Source: Polyangiaceae bacterium (lineage in GTDB: Bacteria > Myxococcota_A > Polyangia > Polyangiales > Polyangiaceae). Taken from it: a stretch of DNA of 64,000 bases. Numbering within the stretch: position 1 is the first letter of the stretch; each line of letters starts with the position of its first letter. Under the pieces are notes generated by a model. The model saw only the letters and a program-made list of their open reading frames with translations. It did not search any database and was not told the origin of the DNA. Positions 27,505 to 34,707 of this stretch are shown here, piece after piece. The translations under genes were made by a program, and so were the position numbers. The DNA lies in NCBI GenBank assembly GCA_044376115.1, contig JBILLK010000019.1, positions 148,740 through 212,739 on the forward strand, written 5' to 3'.

Positions 27505-28968
27505 ATGCGCACAATCCTTCTGATGCTGGCTGCCTCGTTTGCTGTCGCTTGCACTGACGGCGACAGCGGTACGACTGGCGAAGTGGGCGGCGGAACCACC
27601 AACGCTGGGACTGGCGGGGGCTTTGGTGCGCCTCCTGGCGAGCCTGCGGTTGAGGGCGTTTCCAACAAGTCTGTCGATGGCTTTGAGAATGGCGACGAGT
27701 TCAGCTGCAACGCGGCGCCGTTGATCGACGTCTCGCTACCGTATGGTTTTGAGCGTGCGGTAGCGGCCGGCCAGTACGTTGATTCGATGCTGAAGCGAAG
27801 CTTTTTGCCCGATCCTTCGGCCCTGCGCTTTGAACCGCTGCGCGCCTATCTGGAGAACCGCGATGCAAGCGAGCGACTCGAGGCGTGGGTCGAGCCGCGT
27901 GGGACTGATTCGGTTCGGCTTCAGGTCCGGCTGCGGTCTCCCCTCGGCGCCGAGTCTCCTCCGGACCATGTCATCGTTGTCTTGGATGTGTCATCAAGCA
28001 TGGCTCAATCCGCCTCATTGCGCGATCAAGAGCTAAACGCCCTCGCCCTCCACCTCGACCAGGTGCAAAGTCGCTTCTCGCTGATCACCTTTGCAGGGGA
28101 GGCCACGGTGCTGATCGACAAGGCCCCGGCCGGAGAGGTAGCCAGTTCACTAGCGGTGGTGAGCACGCAGCTGGTCCCCGGAGAGGGCCACAATCTCTCG
28201 GCGGCGCTCAAAGAGGCTGCGGCGCTGGTGGACTCCAAGACCACCCAGCTGCTCGTGCTGACCGACGCTGGCTTTAGCGCGGACGCGACCGCACTCGAGC
28301 AGGCGCGCGCACTTCAGGAGGGCGGCTCTCCGCTGTCGGTGGTGCAACTCGCGGCACCCACCGGCTTTCAGCGTCAGGAGAGCGCAGCGGCGCAGACGGC
28401 CCTGCGCTTCGACATGTTGACCGAGCTGGCTGAGGCTGGCGGCGGCCTCGCTCTGTTTGCCGACGGTGAGAGCTTTGCACCGGAGACGTGGGTTCCGCCG
28501 TTCTCCATGCATCCAGCGGTTGCGCTCATTTTGCCGGGTAACCTCCAGCCCTTGGATGTGTTCGTGGGAGAGGTCGTCGGCGAGCGACGCTTGCCGAGCA
28601 CGGTCACCGGAACGGCGTCGACCACGCTGTACACCGGCTGCCTGGACCCCAACGTCCCAGCCGACCTCACGATCGATGGCAATGCCTTCTCCCTCAAGTT
28701 CGTTGGCGACCAGTGGGCCCTGCAAGACAGCGTTCGCACCAAGGCCGATGAAAAGCTTCAGGCCGTGGTGAAGGCGCTACGCACACAAACCCCGCCCAAC
28801 GATGGAATGCTTCCCGGTGATTTCGTATGTGAGGCGCTAGCGGCGTTCAGCAGTCCTGTCGCGTGTGGCACCAGTGGTCTTGACCCTTCGTGCGGTTATG
28901 CGCTGCAGGTCGACGCTTTCTACGAGAAGATTTGCAACGACTTCTGCGGCAGTTGCGGCGCCTTCTGA
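27505..28968 (+). CDS. vWA-domain lipoprotein (copy B)
   Basis: AGGAGG RBS, lipobox-like AVAC, MIDAS DVSSS, VLTDAG; shares AAGQ...LP.P..L and SVxQL with copy A. Confidence 0.85.
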   Translation: MRTILLMLAASFAVACTDGDSGTTGEVGGGTTNAGTGGGFGAPPGEPAVEGVSNKSVDGFENGDEFSCNAAPLIDVSLPYGFERAVAAGQYVDSMLKRSFLPDPSALRFEPLRAYLENRDASERLEAWVEPRGTDSVRLQVRLRSPLGAESPPDHVIVVLDVSSSMAQSASLRDQELNALALHLDQVQSRFSLITFAGEATVLIDKAPAGEVASSLAVVSTQLVPGEGHNLSAALKEAAALVDSKTTQLLVLTDAGFSADATALEQARALQEGGSPLSVVQLAAPTGFQRQESAAAQTALRFDMLTELAEAGGGLALFADGESFAPETWVPPFSMHPAVALILPGNLQPLDVFVGEVVGERRLPSTVTGTASTTLYTGCLDPNVPADLTIDGNAFSLKFVGDQWALQDSVRTKADEKLQAVVKALRTQTPPNDGMLPGDFVCEALAAFSSPVACGTSGLDPSCGYALQVDAFYEKICNDFCGSCGAF

Positions 28969-30951
28969 TCAGCCTCGCGAGGGGCGTTTACGGTTCTTGA
29001 ACCAAGCGCGCGCGGTCTCCATCTTGCGCGCTTGGTCGCGTGGAGCGCGTCGTTTGCAGGTCGCCGCTTCGCTCGAGGCTGGGTCTGCGCCCCAGCGCAG
29101 CTCGGCGCAGTCGTTCGGATTGAAGGCCACCTCGAGCGCGCTGCTGCGCGCGACCACATCGGCGAGCTTCAGCTCGAACCGGCTGCCATCCGAGCGCGCA
29201 TAGCTGAAGCTGCGCTGCCCGAGTTCCTTTTGCAACCGAGCCTCGAGCGCGCGCACGACCTCGTCCACGTTGGCGCCAGCGGGTAGCCGAAAACGTTCAG
29301 GGTGCGCCTTCACCCGTTTGGCGAAGTTTTGCACGACGTCGATGGCGATCAGCAGGCGTAGATCCCGGCTCGGCGTAGAGAAGTTCTCCCAGTTGCCGAC
29401 GGTCTCGAAGATGGAGGCGCCGTTCGGCATGTCGATGCGTGCGCCGCCGTCGCGAAAGAACTTCTCGCCGTTTTCCACCGAGCCGACGCGCGTTTTGACC
29501 TGCTCCTCGAGCGCGCCGATCACGCTGAGCAGCGCGGCCTCGGGATCGCGGGGGGCGGGCGAGAGCACGAGATCCATCTGCTCGTAGAACTCGCTCGAGC
29601 TGAGCTTGCTCTGCTCGAGCGAGTGATCGCCCCAATCGGCGCGCTCGCCGATGGCCTTGTTGGACAGCGCGCGCACGTTGCCGCCTGCAGCGGTGATCGG
29701 ACGAAAGCGCTTGAAGCCGGGGTTGCCCATCGCTGGTTCGTCCTGCACGAAGAGGAAGTTCCCTTCCCAAAAACGCTTCTTGGCGACGGTGCCGTCGGGT
29801 TGGCCGTCCACCGCGAAAAGAGCGCCCGCCTTGTCTCCGACCTGCGGCACGAGCTTGGCCACCACCAGGATGTGACCGTAGGGATCGGCGTAGATGGTGC
29901 CCGGCCGCAGCGTCTCGCGCGTGAGCGGCACGGGGTAGTAGTCGGTGGTGTCGTCGGCGGCGAGCGTGCGCCCGGTGCCCGAATGCACAGCGTTCTTGAG
30001 CGTGACGCGGGCGAAGGTCTCGAATCGCTTCCAGCGCGAAGGGATGGGCTCCTCGAGCGGATCCAGGTTGGATTGGCGGTCTTGGCAACGCGGTGCTTGC
30101 CCGCCGCCGCCGCGTGAACACTTGGAGAAGGCGAATGGAAGGCCGAGCTTGAAGGCGAAGTAGGCGCGCAAGAAGTACGGCAAATCGGCGCAATCGGGAT
30201 CCAGCCGCATCCCTTTGGGCGGCGCTTGATCCTCCTCGGCGCCGAGATGGTTGTGGAGGAAGTTACGTTCTTCGTCGCTGGTGAACTCGTGCAGCGAGCC
30301 GGCGCTGAAGAACTCGTCATCCGGTGCGTCGAAGAGCGCCTCCACCCAGGCCGAGAACAGATCCTCCATCGCGCTGTCCCACGCTCGCGTGTTGCTCCAC
30401 GGCAGGCCTTGCGGCCCGGCGCGACCGAGCCGTTTGGCGGTAGCGACCACGCTGATGGTCTCGCAGTGTTGGGCCACGCCGTCGCGCACGGCGATGGCTT
30501 TGAGCGAGCCCGCCGCGCTCGGTGTGAAGCGTGCGAGCGCCGAGGACGGCGGGCCGTTGCGGCGTTCGGCTTGCACCACCACCGGCGCTCGGCCTTGCTC
30601 CACCAGCAGCACGTACTCACTGGGCAGAGCGCTCTTGGTGAGAGCCACCACCCGCAGCTCGCTGTTGGCCGCAGGCTCGAGCGGTGAGACGAACATGCGG
30701 GTGTTCGTGCCGGCGACGCAGGGGCCTTCTGCGAGGGCCTTGGCGGCCTCGGGAGCGAGCGGCGCCAGCACCGGCGCAGCCGGGGCTGCGGCGCTTGCAA
30801 CAGGGGCCGCGGCGCTCTCGACAGCGGACGCGGAGGCCGAGGCGGCGAGCGGCGCCGAGTCGAGCGGTGGGACGCCATCGGCAGGCGGACGACCGCACGC
30901 GAGGGCGCTCAACAGGCTCGCGAACGCGGCTGCGCAGCCGGCGCGCCTCAT
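28969..30951 (-). CDS. Large lipoprotein of unknown function with candidate Cys-His catalytic residues
   Basis: Lipobox-like ALAC, Ala-rich linker, DCADLPY and DPYGHIL motifs; ATGA-coupled to rlmE. Confidence 0.8.
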   Translation of the reverse strand: MRRAGCAAAFASLLSALACGRPPADGVPPLDSAPLAASASASAVESAAAPVASAAAPAAPVLAPLAPEAAKALAEGPCVAGTNTRMFVSPLEPAANSELRVVALTKSALPSEYVLLVEQGRAPVVVQAERRNGPPSSALARFTPSAAGSLKAIAVRDGVAQHCETISVVATAKRLGRAGPQGLPWSNTRAWDSAMEDLFSAWVEALFDAPDDEFFSAGSLHEFTSDEERNFLHNHLGAEEDQAPPKGMRLDPDCADLPYFLRAYFAFKLGLPFAFSKCSRGGGGQAPRCQDRQSNLDPLEEPIPSRWKRFETFARVTLKNAVHSGTGRTLAADDTTDYYPVPLTRETLRPGTIYADPYGHILVVAKLVPQVGDKAGALFAVDGQPDGTVAKKRFWEGNFLFVQDEPAMGNPGFKRFRPITAAGGNVRALSNKAIGERADWGDHSLEQSKLSSSEFYEQMDLVLSPAPRDPEAALLSVIGALEEQVKTRVGSVENGEKFFRDGGARIDMPNGASIFETVGNWENFSTPSRDLRLLIAIDVVQNFAKRVKAHPERFRLPAGANVDEVVRALEARLQKELGQRSFSYARSDGSRFELKLADVVARSSALEVAFNPNDCAELRWGADPASSEAATCKRRAPRDQARKMETARAWFKNRKRPSRG

Positions 30952-32105
30952 CCGCGGCGCTTCTTCGCGGGAGCGGGCTTCTTCGCGGGAGCGGGCTTCT
31001 TCGCGGGAGCGGGCTTCTTCGCGGGAGCGGGCTTCTTCGCGGGCTTGCCCGCCGACGGCTTCGATGCGGCGCGCTTCTGCTGCCCCGGCGCCTTCTTTGC
31101 GGGCGCCGCTGGCTTGGTTGAAGCGGCCTTTTCGGCGGCGGCTTTCTTGGCGGCGGCGAGCTTCTTGGCCGCGGCGGCGCGTTTGGCCGAGGCAGCTCTT
31201 CTGCCGATCACGGCCTGCCGCGCGGCGGGTGCGTTGCCGGGGAGCAGTCGCTCGCCCGATGCGGGTTTGCGTTTGGGCGCCGGCTGCTTCGCTTTGGGCA
31301 GAGGCGCGACGGCGGCGGCCTGCCGACGGCCGGGCTCGCGCGGTTGGAATTCGAGCAGCTCGATCTCGGACTCCGGGATGAGCTCACTCTCCACGGCGGT
31401 CTCCGGCGCAGCTAGCTGCGGCGCGTTGGTCTGCACGACTTCTTCAATTTCTGCAGCGGCTGGCGCGACAGTCTCCAAGCTCTTGTACGGCGGCTTGAGA
31501 AGCGGCTCGTGGCGCTTCTCGGCGGCGACGAGGAACACCTCGAAGCTGTTGGTCCGCACCGTCTCGGGGCGCAGCGTACGCACGTCGGCGTACTCCTTGC
31601 GCAGCTCGCCGCGCGCCTTTTCGTAGTCGGGGCCCATGAAGATTTTTGCGACGAAGCTCGAGCCTTTTTTTCCATACAGCTTGGCGATCTCAATCGCCTT
31701 CATCACCAGCTCGTAGCTCTGCCATTGATCGACGTCGCGCATGCCGCTGGTGTTGGGCGCCATGTCGGAGAGCACCACATCGAACGGTGCTTCTTTCTCG
31801 AAGGTGTCGAGCGGGAGATCGAAGAGATCGACGATGTAGACCGAGGCGTTGGGGCCGAGCGTGACGGTTAGCGGTTGCCGATCGACCGAGACGAGCCGGC
31901 CGTTGAAGCCGATTTTGCGCTGCACGTAGAGCGACCAAGAGCCGGGCGCCGAGCCGAGATCCACGACGTGTTGGCCGGGACGGAGCAGCCGACAGCGATG
32001 ATCGATCTCCTCGAGCTTGAACACGCTGCGTGCCGGGAAGCCCTGCTTCTTGGCCGCTTTGGTGTAGAGGTCCGGCTTCTTGTAGGGGTTCTTCGATTTC
32101 GACAC
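30948..32105 (-). CDS. rlmE: 23S rRNA Um2552 methyltransferase RlmE with long Lys/Ala/Pro-rich tail
   Basis: RSVFKL, DLGSAPGSW, LSDMAPNTSG, FVAKIF, SFEVF (K-D-K-E tetrad). Confidence 0.93.
   Translation of the reverse strand: MSKSKNPYKKPDLYTKAAKKQGFPARSVFKLEEIDHRCRLLRPGQHVVDLGSAPGSWSLYVQRKIGFNGRLVSVDRQPLTVTLGPNASVYIVDLFDLPLDTFEKEAPFDVVLSDMAPNTSGMRDVDQWQSYELVMKAIEIAKLYGKKGSSFVAKIFMGPDYEKARGELRKEYADVRTLRPETVRTNSFEVFLVAAEKRHEPLLKPPYKSLETVAPAAAEIEEVVQTNAPQLAAPETAVESELIPESEIELLEFQPREPGRRQAAAVAPLPKAKQPAPKRKPASGERLLPGNAPAARQAVIGRRAASAKRAAAAKKLAAAKKAAAEKAASTKPAAPAKKAPGQQKRAASKPSAGKPAKKPAPAKKPAPAKKPAPAKKPAPAKKRRG
30959..31043. repeat. 18-bp coding tandem repeat, 4 full copies plus 13 nt, encoding (KKPAPA)n
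   Basis: Unit GCTTCTTCGCGGGAGCGG read directly. Confidence 0.95.
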
Positions 32106-32200
32106 GGCGCTCTTCTCCCAGAGATGCGGCCGAGCGGCAAGAAAGGGGTTTGAGCGATTGTTGCGGCGCTGCTGAGGGCCGGACTAAGCTCGCGCGCGGT

Positions 32201-32659
32201 ATGTCACCGATCGTTTTCAGCAATGACCGCATGGCCATCACGCACGCGGGCAAGCTGTTCACCTGCGGCTGGACCAACGCGCCCACGATAAACGACATGA
32301 CGGCGCTCGAGAGCGAGGGGCGGCGCGCCGAGGCGGAGGCTGGACCAATGGCGTTGCTCAACGTGGTGTTCGCGGGTGTACCCAACTTCCCTGAGCCAGT
32401 GCGTGCTGCTGGAGCGCGACTGACGCGAGATTCGCTGTTTGCGTCGGGGCGAGCGCACGTGGTGCTGATGCCGGGCTTTCTCGGTGTGGCCGTGACCTCC
32501 TTCATCAACACCTTCATCTTGCTGGGCAGATCGCCGTTCCCGACGAAGATCTTTCATTCGCTGCCGAAGAGCACAGCGTGGCTGTGCGAAACGGCAGGGC
32601 TACAGGCTGAGGAGATCGCTGCGGGAGTCGAGACGGTGCGTAAGCAGCTCTATCGGTGA
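32201..32659 (+). CDS. STAS/SpoIIAA-like hypothetical protein
   Basis: P..VR...GFLGVAV...FPTKIFHSL....WL; resembles 14414-14968. Confidence 0.6.
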   Translation: MSPIVFSNDRMAITHAGKLFTCGWTNAPTINDMTALESEGRRAEAEAGPMALLNVVFAGVPNFPEPVRAAGARLTRDSLFASGRAHVVLMPGFLGVAVTSFINTFILLGRSPFPTKIFHSLPKSTAWLCETAGLQAEEIAAGVETVRKQLYR

Positions 32660-32715
32660 GCGGCGCTTGGGTGCGAAGCAACCGCGCACCGACCCGAACG
32701 ACAGGGCGACAAAGG

Positions 32716-32751
32716 CGAAACGCCCGAACCGCGAACGGTTCAGGCGTCTCG
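32716..32751 (-). terminator. Intrinsic terminator-like hairpin downstream of rplC
   Basis: Minus strand CGAGACGCCTGAACCG-TTCG-CGGTTCGGGCGTTTCG: 16-bp stem with two G-U pairs that form only on this strand, followed by CCTTTG. Confidence 0.75.
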
Positions 32752-32783
32752 TGACGGCGCTGGCCTAGGCCAACGCGGCGAAC

Positions 32784-33449
32784 TCAGGCCTTCTTGCCGG
32801 CGTTCTTCTTCTTGGTGGCGCCGCGAACCACGACGATGCCGTTCTGGCCGCCGGGGATTGCACCCTCGATCAGGATCACGTCGTCTTCCGGCATCAGCTT
32901 GGCGATCTTGAGGTTCTGCGTGGTGACCGTCTCGTTGCCGTAGTGACCGGGCATCTTGAGGCCGGGCAGGGTGCGACCGGGCGTCATGTTGGTACCGATC
33001 GAACCGCCGTGACGGAAGTACTCATGGGTACCGTGCGAGCTGACGAAGCCTGCGAAGCCCCAGCGAACCACGACGCCGGTGAAGCCGCGACCGCGGGTCT
33101 TGCCCTGCGCGTCCACGAACTGGCCTTCCTGGAAGACCTTGTCCACGCCGACCTTCTCACCGATCTCGTACTTGGCGACCTCTTCCACCGTCATGCGCAG
33201 CTCACGCACGATCTTCTTCGGCGTCTGGCCGGACTTCTTGTAGAAGCCAGCGAGCGGCTTGTTGGTGTGCTTCTCCTTGCGCTCACCGAGGCCGAGAATG
33301 AGGGCGCTGTAGCCGTCCTTCTCCATGGTGCGCTTGCCGACGACGACCGAGCCCGCTTGGACGACGGTGACGCGGACGACCTCACCCTTGTCGGTGAAGA
33401 TCTGGGTGGTGCCGATTTTTTTGCCGAGGATGCCCGGATTCGTGTTCAT
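32784..33449 (-). CDS. rplC: 50S ribosomal protein L3
   Basis: GILGKKIG.TQIF, KDGYSA, GRGFTGVV.RWGF, R.GGSIG, KMPGHYG, GAIPG. Confidence 0.98.
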   Translation of the reverse strand: MNTNPGILGKKIGTTQIFTDKGEVVRVTVVQAGSVVVGKRTMEKDGYSALILGLGERKEKHTNKPLAGFYKKSGQTPKKIVRELRMTVEEVAKYEIGEKVGVDKVFQEGQFVDAQGKTRGRGFTGVVVRWGFAGFVSSHGTHEYFRHGGSIGTNMTPGRTLPGLKMPGHYGNETVTTQNLKIAKLMPEDDVILIEGAIPGGQNGIVVVRGATKKKNAGKKA

Positions 33450-33490
33450 GGGAGACCCTTTGTGACTTCGGGGGTTGGTACTGCTGCTGT

Positions 33491-33573
33491 TGGCTGCGAA
33501 CAGCCACCCCGCCGTGCGATGGTGCTTCCGGAGAAGCGTCCGGTCGGAAGTCGGCGACCGGGGCCCGAAGGCC
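33491..33573 (-). promoter_or_regulatory. Structured 5' leader of rplC
   Basis: Four hairpins; sense-strand loops TTCG (33491-33506, 33562-33573) and TCCG (33524-33537), plus a 7-bp stem at 33540-33561. Confidence 0.5.
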
Positions 33574-33676
33574 GCGCAATTTGGGGAGGCGGACCATAGT
33601 CAAAGGCCAGGCCCTTGTACAGCCCGTGATTGCGTGCTGAGCCGAGGCCGCGAGCTGCGCACCCGCGCAGACGACC

Positions 33677-34681
33677 TCAGCCGATGGTCCCGACCGGTTC
33701 ACTGACCTTTTCAGCGGCTGGGAGCGGGCTCTTTTTAGGCTCTTTGCTGTCCGGCAAGTTGAGCGTCTCGGCCACAAGGTAGAGCGGCCGGCGTTTGATC
33801 TCCTCGTAGATGCGCCCGACGTACTCACCCAAAATGCCGGTCATCAGCAGCTGGGCGGAGGAGGCGAGGGAGACGGTGATCATGATCGTCGCCCAGCCGG
33901 GGACGGTCTTACCGTAAAGGCCCTCGAACAGCGCCCAGAGCGAAGCTGCGATGGCGATCATGCCCGAGAAGACACCGAGCAAGGTGGCGAGCCGCAGCGG
34001 GACGACGGAGAAGGAGGTGATGCCGTCGATGGCGAAGCGCAGCATCTTGCTGAGCGGGTATTTGGTCTCCCCGGCGAAGCGTTCGGGGCGGTCATATTGG
34101 ACGGCGGTCTGCTTGAAGCCGACCCACGATACGAGCCCGCGTACGAATCGGTGTTGCTCGCGTAGCGCGCGCATGGCCAGGATCACTGGCCGGCTCATCA
34201 AGCGGAAGTCGCCAGCGTCGAGCGGGATGTCGATCGGCACGAGGGCGCGCAACAACCGATAGAAGCCCGCGGCGGTGGCGCGTTTGAACAGGCTCTCGCC
34301 GTGACGCTTGAGGCGCTGGCCGATCACCACGTCCCAGCCTTCACGCCACTTCTCCAGCATTGCGCGCACGACCTCGGGTGGGTCTTGCAGATCGGCGTCC
34401 ATGATCACGACCGCGTCGCCCTCGGCGCGATCCATGCCGGCGGTGATGGCTACCTGATGGCCGAAGTTGCGTGCGAAGGAGACCACCTTGTAACGCGGCT
34501 CGGTCTTGCACAGCTCGATCAGCATCTCGAAGGTGCGGTCTTTGGAGCCGTCGTTGACGAAGATGATCTCCCAGGTTTCCTCGATCGGGTTGAGGAACTC
34601 ACGCAGCCGCTTGTCCAGCTCGGGGATGACCTGTTCTTCGTTGAAGACCGGAATAATGAAAGAAAGGGTAGGGCGGTCCAT
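33677..34681 (-). CDS. GT2 polyprenol-phosphate glycosyltransferase (GtrB-like)
   Basis: IIPVFNE, VNDGS, RNFGHQ, MDADLQDPP, GDFRL, two C-terminal TM segments, GEYVGRIY...RPLY. Confidence 0.93.
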   Translation of the reverse strand: MDRPTLSFIIPVFNEEQVIPELDKRLREFLNPIEETWEIIFVNDGSKDRTFEMLIELCKTEPRYKVVSFARNFGHQVAITAGMDRAEGDAVVIMDADLQDPPEVVRAMLEKWREGWDVVIGQRLKRHGESLFKRATAAGFYRLLRALVPIDIPLDAGDFRLMSRPVILAMRALREQHRFVRGLVSWVGFKQTAVQYDRPERFAGETKYPLSKMLRFAIDGITSFSVVPLRLATLLGVFSGMIAIAASLWALFEGLYGKTVPGWATIMITVSLASSAQLLMTGILGEYVGRIYEEIKRRPLYLVAETLNLPDSKEPKKSPLPAAEKVSEPVGTIG

Positions 34682-34707
34682 GGCTCTTAAGCGAAGGGGG
34701 AAAGGAG

